NCBI GenBank assembly: GCA_964304625.1
Contig: OZ199838.1
Span: 11,059,408 to 11,123,407, forward strand
Source: Kudoa neothunni
Lineage: Eukaryota; Animalia; Cnidaria
Direction: 5' to 3'
Length of the DNA: 64,000 nt
The notes below the pieces were generated by a model. The model saw only the letters and a program-made list of their open reading frames with translations. It was not told the DNA's origin and ran no database searches. The position numbers and the translations under genes were made by a program. Below are positions 27,701-40,822 of the stretch, in pieces. How positions within the stretch are numbered: the first letter of the stretch is position 1; every line of letters begins with the position of its first letter.

Positions 27701-28791
27701 TGTCTATACACCTGTTGGGGTCTAGTGTAAACAGTATTGTTGTTGTGATTCGACTAAAGTCTATAAAAATTATCAATTAGACTCACTTCTAATATCGATC
27801 GTCAATCAATACTTTTCGAATATTTTGAATACATCACAGGCTTCATATCAACTCCAATAGCCACATTGAACATCACCGAAAATTTTAGTGAGAGCTGTTC
27901 TAATATTGACACGAGATTGATGTATGCGAGCCCATAGCTTGATTGGAACTCTACTTCCAGATAGATATTGGACTAAAATATACATGATATAAAATTCTCA
28001 ATTAAAAACAATTACTTTGAATTTTTTATTAATAGTTTGGTTTAGATGGCGTTTGATGGTTTTACAAAAATCAATACAAAGCGGTTGTTTTTGTTTGTTC
28101 ATTGCGAAATCACAAGAAGTACAGGGTTGTGTTGGTCGACAGTCATCTCCATCAAACAAGCATTCTTTGTTATTACATTCTGGATCACATATTCCGTCGT
28201 TATAACTTTGAATACATTTTTCAGATTTTTCGCAAGAATCCCACGGATCCTGTTTCATATTGCTGCACAAAAGTTGTTCCGCGTGCGATTTGGTACATTG
28301 AGGCTATATTTTTTTAATCATTGAAGGTGCACTGAAGCAAGGAAGTATTTACTTCGCAGTAATTTGACCAATCTAGGCGATTACATTGGGATTGCTCTGT
28401 AGAAATCTCACTACATACGTCACCGTAAATATTTTCTAAGACAACTCAGCGTTTTTAACATATATCAATATTACTATCACAATAGCATTGGGTAGAGGAA
28501 ACAGTTTTTGGGTCACAAGCTTCACTGTTGGAACAAACGCAGCTACATTTCTCTTCATAAATAGGAATTTTTCTATTTTTGATTCCAATTTTACAGGTGT
28601 GACGATTTGGACATGTGAAATTTTGACAAAATTTCGTAAATGGATGTTCAGATAATTTAACTCCTTCGTTGCTATCTACATTGAGGTTAGCGGATGGGGA
28701 ATGAAAATAGCAATGACGTACATGTGGATAAACAGCACCCATAAAGAATATTAAGCAATAACAACAGAAAAAACTTTGGTATTGAAATCAT
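24759..28791 (-). CDS. NOTCH: Highly reduced Notch-family receptor
   Basis: Signal peptide MISIPKFFLLLLLNILYGCCLS; EGF-like C-Y-C-x8-C; canonical LNR PWDSCEKSEKCIQSYNDGICDPECNNKECLFDGDDC; NODP-like ILFTLDPNRCIDNSCVVNPHQIANNL; TM YFLLIFVVGTVLVASIFVG; Notch-type ankyrins MHWAAATND...GETPLMIACRESSLEAITMLL...DIAIENN; Q/P/S/N-rich tail. The 3' end involves a frame change near 25127-25330. Confidence 0.9.
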
Positions 28792-31700
28792 TTGACATCA
28801 ATTTTCCCAGTGAATATTTTCAATCTTATAAATGATTCTTAGTACCCTATCAGTAAGCTTATTTTCGAACAACAATGATCGTTTGTCTTGAAGACCTAAA
28901 TTATTCTTGAGTCCTTCTATAAATAACTCAATGACGCATACTCATAAAATCTTATATTCACTTTCTGTTTTTAGTTAACGTTAGTAGTTTTCTGTGAATT
29001 TTGGTCTGTTTAGTCTCTATCACATGACAAATTTAAGCTCAAATATGTTGTTAAGTTCAAAATCAAATGGGAATGTCAAAGGATGTGTGAGAAAATTATT
29101 TTATTCACAGGTTGATGAGAAAATAATTGTTATCGTTGGATGATGTAATTAATAAATTAATTGCAACAGCGTATTATCACCTATATCAGTATTTATTCAG
29201 GCGTTTTATCGATGCACTAATAGATAGGAATATGCAATTTTAACACGAAATAAAAGAAAAATAAGTCAAGATCAACGTTTTAAATAATTATTCCATTTTA
29301 CATAAAAAAAACTTTTGCTTATGCGCAAACATTAATAAGACAAATTAAAAATATTTGGATATCACTAGAACCAATAATCTTAATCATAATTAAAATTATT
29401 ATAAATTTTACTACTTTTTTAAGGAAATATAAACCCAGGAGTATGTATCATGTGGATAATATTAATATTATTATGGTAATTTATTGGTGATCCCATTTAT
29501 GCTTGTAGGCTTGGAAACCGCATTAAAGTTGGGGTTGTGTGTGACTTTTCAAACTCCGGATATCACCTTTCAATCCAATCAAGTTGTCATATGCGGTAAA
29601 ATTAAATCCATCCCAAACATTATTTAGCTGCCGCGCTATATAACCTTTATTTTTGTTTCTATTTATTCATTGGATTTTTTTCCTCGTCTTTTGGACAATA
29701 ATAACGTCGAAACTAGGTTACTTTTATTAGATAAATTATAGTAAATATAATTAACTAGGTAAATTTCTATCTATCTTCATAAATTCTAGTCAAATCAAAC
29801 TTACATAAGCCTACGATTTTTAATTAAATTCAAGTATTAGTAATAGAAAAACGTTCCTTGATTAATTCCGCAATTTTCATTGCCTTTTTCCAGAATTATT
29901 ATTACGACGATTAATTAACATTTCTTTAATATAAATAATTATAATTATACAGCTTAATCTCGACTTTATTTAAAAATCACCGCTCACAAATTTCTTTTTT
30001 TATAATTAAGTTTACGTTATCGAACATTTGACGAGGTGCAACAATATTTTTATATTGTGAAGTACTCTACTCAACGCTCGCTCAATACGTAAATGATATC
30101 AGTCTTATAATTATTTCATGATTTAAAATGAAACTAGGAATCCAATTGTATGGTCTCTTAACCTTCCATGTAACGAAAAAATTTCCACCCTCCAAATAAA
30201 ATTCAGCATTGACTAACAAAACATGAATAAAATTCATCGAATAAATTTTGAATAAATGACCAATTATTAAAGTTTCATTCTATGAATGTATGTGCGAATA
30301 TTAATGTTGTTACATTCCTATGGAGTACGATTGTACTAATAGGTGTACTATCGCTAATGGCCAGCTTTGCATGGCACTATGTGATGGAAAATTTTAACTT
30401 TTAGTTTTATTTTTGAATGGAGAAATTCTACGTAAGATTTGATCTAATTAGCACATTAAACCCTGTAAATTTTATTTCCCTATTTTAATTGATGCATTTT
30501 AAAATTTCCCATTATTTTTCAATGTGATGATTTAGAAAAACAAAATCATTAAGTAACTTAAATATGACTTTTAGTTCTTTTAAAAATTTTGCGATTCAAA
30601 TTAATCCTTCTAGTTATAAAATTTATTATTAGTCTACAAACGATAAGAAAAAAAATAAAATCAACATAATATGCGTCAGAAATAAAAATATTAATTGTTC
30701 CTCCTTTTTTGCAATTATATAAAGGATGTTAATGAGGTTTTAATAAGCTGTGAGTGGTAACTTACCTATTCACTATTTTAACATAATTTCCCGATTTTTA
30801 AATAACTAAAACTTTTCTTTCTAACAAAAATACTTACTGGTTCAAAAATATATAAATTTAATTGTCAAAATACGATTAAATCTAAAATGTAAAGATGTTT
30901 TTGGTTTGAAAAATTACAGTAATGCCTAAATATCAACTGATTTTCTCGAAGGAGTGCACCCTTTAAAAGATAACGTACTGTTTGATTGCCCTAAAAAAAT
31001 TTCTGTATATTGAACTATTCTTAGATTAACGAAAACTTTGTGAAAATATCGGTTAGATCGAATAGTCCAATAATTTCTTATTAACTTACATGTCACATCA
31101 TATTGAGAAGGGATTGTATTTAATGCAAAAGTAATCGTTAACATAAATTTTTAAACTACGTATAGAATGCGGTGTCGCATATTTTTATGAAGCTTTTATA
31201 TCATAATGAATTATTTTTAGCGAAAAGAAAATTATATATTTATTTGAATATTAACCTTAAGGTCTGGGGTAGGTAATAATTAGGTTGCTAAGAACTTAAA
31301 CATTATTGAAAAAATTATCGAATTAATTATGCTAGCTATTTTCCAAGAAAGTTTAGGATAACCAAAAATGAGTAAAAATTTATCAAAAAGACGAATATAG
31401 TTTAAAATTCAATCGATAATTTTGATAAAAAGAAATTTTCACGTCTCAAGAATTCCAATAGAGCATAATTTTCATTTAAGAAATTATCACAAAAATTTAT
31501 TAAATTGAAAACTCTACACACATCCTACATCGTTTTGGGAATGCTTATAGGGAACCAAACTATTCCAACATGGCAACAATTTTAATCTCGAATTGTGTGT
31601 TTTATTTAAAATGATCATAATCGTTTTCGCTTAACTATATCCACAACGCTTGAAAAGTGAAAAGATATCCAAAATAATTTGGTTATGCTTAAAATTTTAA

Positions 31701-32061
31701 GGGAAATGCTACATCTCTTGTAAATATGGCTCTAATGGCATAATCTGTCTTAAAATTACTCTAAACAGGCATATGTAACATTTTTGAACCATTCTATGCC
31801 AAAATTAACGGATTTACCTAATATATCGCGTGTAAAAGTTCATTCTAATTGAGTATCACCATGAAGTAAACAACCAGAAAATCCCTTACTTCTGACTGCG
31901 GTATTGATTATATTTATATTTCTAAGTAAATGAACGATTTTTATTAATGATATTATCTATTCAAATGCAAACTATAGCTATATTTAAAAAAGGTTTCTCT
32001 GTGACACATGCGTACTGCTGCAAACATACACACTGACAGACATAAGAACTTTATACATAGA

Positions 32062-33197
32062 CTAGCGCGAACCGCCCAGCGTTGCTTGGAGAAGATTTCG
32101 CATAAATACGCTTATTGATAACATTCATAGAATAAATTTAAGTCGTGAATTAACCCATAGAAGGAAAATAATTAAAAAATTTTAAGCATCATACATTAAC
32201 GATTTGGATTGACAAAATTTAAATTATGATCATTTCTGTGAAGGAAAATATCAATTCCGGCGTTTATTCAAAAATTTCATGACCCGGCACCAATGCTAAA
32301 TAGTTTAAGGTCCGTGTCATTTTTTTCTACATTCCCGAATTATTTAAATTACCTTAAAGTGTTGTCTAAAATGTTGTTTTTGGCCGGATTAGAAAGTCTG
32401 TGCACCACTGTTTACGGGAGACAAATAAGTAGAAAAATATATGGAGATCGAAGAAAATAAACGAAAATTTATTTTTTTTCGCTAAAATTAATATCCCTTG
32501 GCCCAGCAAGAGCTTAACGCACGTATTCCCGTAAACAGCCACAAATCGCGTCAACTTCAACATAAACAATTCGAATAATCGGATGAAATAAAAGTACAAC
32601 CATTTGCATTGAATTTAATCACGGAAAGTTCAACTTAGTGGACGATTCCAATGAAATCTACAAACGCAGAATTTCCACTATAACGCTTCAATCAATGTGA
32701 TCTTAACGTTCTCCATAAATTTGTTATTCAAGTAACATATTTAGATTTTTTATTATATCTAAAACCATCAATAGAACCTTCAAAATGTGTTTATCATATC
32801 AAATACGTTAAAACTCCCCACAACAGAAGTGTATATGCACAAACACCCAAATATAAACGTCAACATTATATAAAATACAGATCGCATCAGTTAATTAACA
32901 TTTGATAGAGCATATAAAGGGGAAAATTAACTTCAACCAACCATTTAGCAGGTCATAAGTAGGTGTTAATCCTATTGTTGAACTCAAGTAATCTGAAAAA
33001 CAAACTTTGAATCGACAAAATCATCATTTTCTAAACACTTTTGGGAACATTTGATAATGTGAAAACGATTTGAAGATTTTTTTAAACATTATAATTTTTA
33101 AAAAATTTCATAAATGTCTCTCTATAACAAAAATTTTGACGCACATGCATACTTGCCGACACACACACGGACGCTTCAGCTTTATATATATAGTAGA
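32062..33197 (-). mobile_element. Non-autonomous Helitron
   Basis: Minus-strand 5' end A|TCTACTATATATATAAAG and 3' end CCAAGCAACGCTGGGCGGTTCGCGCTAG|T, with a subterminal hairpin and CTAG. (CA)/(GACA)-rich subterminal tract; no TSD. Confidence 0.75.
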
Positions 33198-33199
33198 TA

Positions 33200-33976
33200 C
33201 TAGTGCAAAAGCCCCCCAGCCCAAAACTTTGAGTAGGCCAAAGTCATTTTAAGTTCAAAGTCAATTATAATTATTTTATCGTTCTTTTGGCGACGACGTC
33301 ATTCGATATAAACAGTAATATCCCAGTCGTCTTCACTGTCTCCTTGAGTGTACTTTATTTTCATCTAGGAATCATAAGTTCTTCCAACTCACGTGGCGTA
33401 TTGATCACTTCAACTAACCCGTCGATTAACTAAGCTAAAATTTTGTTAACAATGTTGTATTTAATTATAACGTGCTAATATCATTTATGTTTATTTAAGA
33501 ATAATTAAAACTTTTTATCTCTAATTAAACGTAAAAATAAACAATTTTTGACCTGAATTAATCTCCCGTTTAAACAACAAATCTTTATTCACACCGAGTC
33601 CCCACCTACGCACGAACGAATGTTGTGGACTTTTTTAAGTATTTTCAAAGTAGAAAAGAGTAAACTTTCAAAGTTTCGGTGTTATTTACACACAGTAAAT
33701 TAGAGTTATCTACGCATATGACCTAACCCCTTAGCAAATCACGTGCAATGGTAATCTCATTATCGTCAGTTCTAATCTATTTACAAAAAGTTGACACTTC
33801 CAATTCACCACTTTATAAGCAATCAGAAGGCTCAATTTTATTTTTGTAATTAATTCTGTATTTTTTAAAGTACAAATTAATCTCAAATACTAAAGAAAGT
33901 CTCTCTATAAGAGCATGAATTTACGAACACACACTGACAGACACATGGACATTACAGCTTTATACGCTAAGATAGA
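33200..33976 (-). mobile_element. Second, diverged Helitron-like unit abutting the first head-to-tail
   Basis: 3' CTAG at 33200-33203. The 5'-end region GTCTCTCTATAA...CACACACTGACAGACAC...CAGCTTTATA...GATAGA (+ strand) is homologous to 33115-33197 and 31995-32061. Confidence 0.55.
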
Positions 33977-36900
33977 CTTCTGCGGTGCTTTAGCTCTAAC
34001 GTTTAATTCAAGTTTTATAACAGCTGTCAATTAATATATCTTATTTTTAACAACGCAATGTAATACTGCGTAGAAAAACACAAAACTTTTCAAACTGTTG
34101 AACAATTACATCATATGCTTTTTAATGCTCTCTACGATACGAAACTAAGAATATTGATTAACAGTTTTCACATATGTTTTTGGATGCCCTATACAATGCG
34201 GAATGAAGCAACCTGATGAAAAGTCACCATATTTTGAATAACTAGTATAAGAATAATGAGAGAGTGTGGAGCTATCGTTGTATTCAGGAGATGACATGCT
34301 TATATCGAAATTGCTCATGCGGGAGGACATCGCATGTATAGTGTTTTGTTATTTGTTCATTATTTACTCGATCGAATTTTTGTAAATTTTTAAAAATGTC
34401 GTATCAATATTATAGATAATTTTATTTGGAAGGTGTTCTTACATTAACTTGTTTGTTATGTGGCAAAAAAAAATTCAATTCATTTTTCTGAAAGCTTTTA
34501 TGCAGATAAAAGATTACAAAAACTGGAGAGGAGTTATGTTTCATTAATAAGCTGTAATATTGTTGGAAAAATTCACTTGGGGTAGAAATCTATCCCATTT
34601 TACACAGAAGGTTAATGAAAGTCGTTATTCATGAAGTCACAATTATAGTCAGAATCACTGCATATATAAAAACTTAAAGAAGCTTCATATCTAATAATAT
34701 TAAGGTTTAAATTGAAGTAATTAATCAATTAGCAGTATATTTAACATGTTAGTGCAACATATGTGAATGCGCGCACGTGCTAAATTATTAATTTTGTATT
34801 TGTTTATTTTAACTAAAATTTTTAAAGCGAATTAATAAATAAACATAATATATAATATTTCGTTTAAAGTTTTAGTTTATATATTATTTGAGTGATAATT
34901 TATTTCTACTTAAAGCATAAAAATATCCATGTAAATTTTATAAATTTAACTCATTTTAAGAAAATTCCTAATGGATCAATTTTTTCCATAGATAATTCTG
35001 TTTTATTATTAAATGTTATAAATATTGTATAATTCCATTATATAATTTATGAAGAAAGTAGAAATACAAGGTCTCAGCTTTTATGTATATTTACAAACAG
35101 AAAATAATATAATTAAAACTTAAACTGACTTTCAGAATAATTTTTCAAATTACTTCATTTTTAGCAAGACTCTTTCGATTACGCACAATCACATAAGATT
35201 TGCATGATTCAGAGTGTAAAGCTAGGGCCCCTTGAAAGTCTGGTAACCTCTAAAAGAGAGTTCTGATATACAGCTTCACCTATTGCGCTCTCTAAGATTT
35301 TAAGACAAACTTTAAATTTAAAGGGCTGACGATGCCCATTTTATACGATACATTCTAAATAATGTAGAAAATTTCTAGATTTAAGGTCACCACATGGCTA
35401 TATGTAACAGACATTAAATCGTCTACAATTATTCAAATCAATATGATAATGTAACCAATTCCTCGGACATAGATAAGCTTTTATACAAACAGATTTTATT
35501 CATTTTTATAATTTAGTTTCGATCCTCACAAAAACTTTTTCGGTTATTTTATGTACATTTCGATTAGTTTTAAATCAGCTTCAATTCTGAAAACAAATAT
35601 GAATTGAATAACATATTTTCTCTAGGTAAAAATAAGATGTTAACATTTTTAAACGTATTTATAAAAGCATTATTCATATCTCGAATATGAAAAGTTTTAC
35701 GTGCCTAATCGCACACCGTAAGACGAAGCAACAGGTCCGCATTATGAGAGTTGCATTCATAATTAGGTCTTAGTACAATATATTTTATCTCTATTATTAA
35801 ATTCATTTAAAGCTCCAAAGCCGAAAGAATATTACTGATTAAAAGAAATAGTTGTTCAAATCGTAAATCAAATTTTAATTGAATTATAAATATTTTCCCG
35901 TAATAATAAAGATAAATATTTTGGAAAGATAAAGTCTCAAGTTGCCATTATATAACATAACATCATTTTGATGATCCAAATCAATTCGAATATCTCTGGC
36001 ATCACTACACCTAATACGTACCTTTATATAATAAGAAATGACTTTTTAATGTATATTTTCAGCGTTAATCTAGACTTTTCCCATTTACTAAAAAATTCAC
36101 ACATCAAGTCAATTAAATTCATTCCTTTCAATTAATTGGTCCCATTATAATTCAATTATCTCTCAAACGAGTTTTAATATTATTCAACTTGACATAATTT
36201 TAAATGAATGGAGACGGATGATTAAACTTACCACAATAGCACTTATCACCTAACTTGGATCCGTTTAGTTTATCTCATTTTAGATTATATCTAATCACAT
36301 CTATTATAGTCTTTGACTTAAAATTTTTTATCAAGCCTCTTTGTTGTGCCATTAGATTTGTCCTAAATATCTTAATATAAAGTCAATCCTTCTTGCGTTG
36401 GTTTTAACTGCTGGAGTCTGCCGTCTAGAAAAATAAATTTTCAAGTTTACTCATAAATTTGAAGTTTAAGTCAACAGAATATAGAGAAATACCAGCCATA
36501 AATGCCAACAATAAAAAATTAACACCCATTCTAAGGAGTTGTTTTGTTTATGATAATCATTGGTTTGATCCCTAAGTTTTATGGTGCCGAATATTTAAAG
36601 TATTGCTGAGTCAACACCAAATTAAATAAACTAATATATCAGCGAATTTGTACGAAAAAATTTCTTGGCTTAATTAAAAGTTGTTATCGGTTCTATATAT
36701 TTTAAAATCGAATCAATAATTCATACTAATTCCCCCAATACTTGTTCACCTGTTATCAACAATACCCAAATTTACTATATTTAAACTTTAAAACATGAAA
36801 GAAAATATTTTTGAATTTATTAAAAATAGAACCTAATATATTGATGTAAACTAAAAAGGGATCTTAACTTTTTCAGTAAAATTAATACTTAAGAAATTAC

Positions 36901-37824
36901 AGCCACTTGGATTATTTTCCAGTAAACAGACAAATGAGCTATTCCGTCTAATACCTATTTATTACATTATTGGAAAAATTTATTATCAAGTCGCAAAAGA
37001 TTGTTTTCAATAAAAACACAAACTCGGCATTAAGACGTGATTTATCATCTATCCTAGATGAAAGATTCAACAATTAACTTCACCAATAAGTATTAATACG
37101 CACATTATGTAAATTGTCTGTGCATTATTAGTAAATATTTCGCACTATTTTTTAAATAATAATCTCCCACCTCTAAATCTGCCATTATAAGTTTGACAAT
37201 ACACAATTTCTGAATATCATAAACAAACAGTATGTGTTTATTATTTCAAATAGATGAAAAAACTTCATTTTTACACGCATAGAATATCCCATAATGGTTA
37301 TAAATGTCATCCTGAAACCAAAAGCACATTAGAAAATAATAAATTAGCAAACAGGCTCATCCAACCGACAATGATTTAAGAAAAACTTACAAATTTCAAA
37401 TAAAGCCAAAAACCCAACAATAAAACAAGTAACAACATAAATAGATTACGTCACAAAATACATGTCAAATAAGGAATTAGATGTACACTATGTGAAGAAA
37501 TAAGTGATATATTGTACTCCTTTACACTGTATTAATTACATAGATAGATGACATAAATTTGTGGACCTAAAGTATTATTAAAAAATCCGTAGTCATAACA
37601 ACAAGTAAATACCGTCGTAATAATAACATTAATAATAATTAAAGTAACCATAATAAGCACATATAATCAATCATTGTCTAACTAATATATCATGTAAAAT
37701 TATACATCTATATATAAACATACTTTCTAATAACGTATGAAGAATATTTAGTTCTAAAGAGAAAGATGAGATTAGATATCGATATAGAAAAAATTCAAAA
37801 AAAGCTACCCCAACTGATATCAAG

Positions 37825-40578
37825 TTAGATCAACTCAATAAAGTTATCTGTGGAAACACACACCAACGCTATTGGAAGACTGTGCTCATGGACAACATAA
37901 GTGCACTGACTCTTAGAGCAGTCATTGTTGTTTACCACATAGATTTGTTGATGAACAATCGACAAAAATCCGTGATGGGTGATGAAGACAATATTCTTGG
38001 CAAGAAGTGTTTCTCGCTCGATGCATGAATCCATGCTGTTGCAATAGAGGAAGCAAGAAGCATTTGATTCAGAGTTACGGTTGTTATCCAAGCCAAGCTC
38101 ATCAGCAACTGAGTTGATTCTTTCGATTATCTCATGTTTGAATACATCGCTAGCGGGGAGAGTTGACAACACACGTACAGACCTAAATTCATTATCGTTA
38201 TCAAGATGATTGTGATGCTGAACAATTGATTCGGTGCCAAAATCTCCTTGATGAGCTTGATGAAAATTGTTGCTTTCGTTGACAACGTTACTATAATTTA
38301 TCTGATTCTGATGACGATCCTGGTTATTCTGCAAATCCTGTTGAGGTGAAAGTTCTTGGTTGATTACTGGATAATTGTCATTGCTATTATTGATATTGAG
38401 GTGATTTTGGGATTCGATAGAGTGGTTGGATGACGTACGAGGTGGTGACATCCTTACACTTTCATGATTCATAGATGTGTTTGTTTGAAAGTTTGGATAT
38501 TGGTTGTTATAATATGGGCTGATTTCCAGAGATTGTTGATGGTGTATAGAGGAGTTGTGCGAATTTATCGCAGTGTTTGGAACAACAGGGAGACCAACAT
38601 TGGGAGCGTCTGGAATGTAATTCGGAGGCCGCCTAACAACTGCTAAACGTTGCTTCCTCCGCTTATACCTGGGACTGGACCTTTCGTAATGGGAATTAGG
38701 ATGTGGAGGAAAATTGTTTATAGTCGCAAAGTTTCCATTATTGTTACTGGGATGACGCGGGTGGGTTATGTAAGGTGGATGTTGGTTGGATAACGAATAA
38801 CGAAAGTCTTTTGGTTTATTTTTTGAACCTTTGGGACGGCCAGGACGTTTTTTCAATACCGAAGTTTGTGGCGGATTGAAATTATGTTGCATATTAACCA
38901 TTGAGGGGGGTTGATTCGAAACATCAACGTTGCTGACGACCCCGTTAAAACTAGTTACAGCAGCTGCAAGTGCCGCATTTTCATTTCGGTAATCATTGAT
39001 CGCTAGGTCGTAACTAGGGTACTCCGGTAAACTGTAGCGTCTACTTTCTGAAGCACCAAGTTGTTTATGGATCGATGGAGGTGAGCCCAGATCAGTTGGA
39101 ATAGTACCGTTTTTGGTTTCCTGATTAGAGTTTGATTCAGTGTTGGTGATTGGTACCACTTCATTGGGTGTTTGATCAGCTGAAATATCGACTATTATTA
39201 CAAATGAAAAATGCAAATACTTAGAGCAGAATCCTGAACGTAAGGTACTGAATTTTGTTGAGACGGGCTATCATCAACGGTCATTCTACTTGGTTCCTCG
39301 GAAGCATGAAAATTATTTGCAACTAGATCAGTTCCAGAAGATGTAGGTGGACCCATAATAGTATCTATGAGATATTCAATAGAAAAAATTAATTACATCA
39401 TTCTCTCAAACCTATTCATTATAGAAACTCACCTCGATTAACACTTATACTAGATTGATGATTATCGGTTGCAGGATGGGCCGATTCGTGAATGTTTGAC
39501 ACTATAAAATGTCGATCACATACACAGATACACAAAAACAGTTGTCAGTCAATTAAATTAATGCCCAATCCGTAATCACCGCAATACCCACCATCAAACA
39601 ACCCAATCAAATAATCAACTACTTGTTTCTAACACTCAAAATAATAAATTCAGTGATATAACTATCTTGCAATGGATCACAACAACGAGTAATGACGTAT
39701 AAATATATATAAGGATTAAATAAATAATAGTTTTTAAAGCGCATTAACAATTATTCGTAGAAAAGCTTATATAACAACATAACAAAATGATTTCCTATGC
39801 AAACATAGGATAGGATTTGATATGTAAAAATTAGGTGATACAACATGCAATGTAGCTGATGGAGGTTTTTCATGCATCAATCACCACCCACCTTTTTTAT
39901 ATTAGGAAATATTATACAACACAACAGAATATTATATTATCATTCATTATTGCTTAGACACGGTTACTGAGCATGAAGAAGAATTACCACATAAATAAAC
40001 TCTCAAGTTGACAGAAAAAATAAACAATCAACCCACTACCTCTAAACTATCTCAACCAACACCCGACTATTCTAACTATTCAGCCACACTCAGCCAAACA
40101 ACAATATACTCTAGATATTCGTTGATATCAGTAATATTATTCTATGTTATTATTATCTTAATACCATTAATAGATCATCTGATTGCAATAGAGATTATAT
40201 TTAAATCTCATTCATGTATCATTAAGTAGAGTGTTATCAACGTAAATGAAACCATATTAGAATGGCGATGATAGCTACTACACACTATCATATCAACTAA
40301 CTCTTAGATGAGAGAATATGTGTTTTAGCTGGGATTTCCGGATAAATAATTATTCTACAATACCACCCACTAGTAAACGAATCGAATAGATAATTCGAAA
40401 TACTTGCTGGTGGTGATTGGCAATAAGGTGTTAGGAAATTACTTCTAATGTAGGATTGTTGTTCTAATGATGAAACAATGGAACAACTCGCATTTTGATT
40501 TGGTGAGATTGAATCGTCATTGGGAGATACTTCTTCATTGTCAACGTTCAAATTTCTAAAATTTCTAGGCATTTTCAT
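37825..40578 (-). CDS. Orphan nuclear protein: long N/S/H/P-rich disordered region, one AT-hook, basic NLS-like patch and a globular C-terminal domain
   Basis: 463-codon terminal ORF with KKRPGRPKGSKNKPK and RYKRRKQR. Upstream exons at about 39221-39367, 39433-39503 and 40400-40616 splice in frame through GT-AG introns; a probable 5'UTR exon lies at about 40850-40990. Start codon uncertain. Confidence 0.75.
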
Positions 40579-40634
40579 GTCTAAATTGAGAATTTTATTG
40601 AGGACTGATTGCACATCTACCTTACGCTTAATTC

Positions 40635-40822
40635 AATAACAATATTATTATTATTACTAATTATTGTGATTGTTATTGTTAAAAAAATAGAGCCTTTTTT
40701 TTATATGTCATTGTTTCAATTGTATTATTAATTAATTTTAATAAAATATTTCTTAATATATTCAGTCAACAATAACAACAATAATAATAACAGTTTCAAC
40801 AATAACAACAATAGTAATAATA
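40635..40822. repeat. Imperfect (AAT/AAC)n and (ATT/GTT)n microsatellite tracts in an intron
   Basis: Directly visible attattattatt...gttattgtt and caacaataacaacaataataataac (twice). Confidence 0.8.

Noticed and set aside
28475-28490. Apparent in-frame TAA at a Notch exon junction
   Set aside because: It arises only with the GTGATA donor. The downstream GTAATA donor gives QCYCDKNIYGDVC, a proper EGF ending.
29430-29640. Possible Merlin/IS1595-like transposase remnant on the minus strand
   Set aside because: Similarity is too faint to support, and no TIR or TSD was found.
34145-34330. 61-aa Ser-rich minus-strand ORF
   Set aside because: No recognisable motif, a stop just upstream in frame, and no supporting exon chain.
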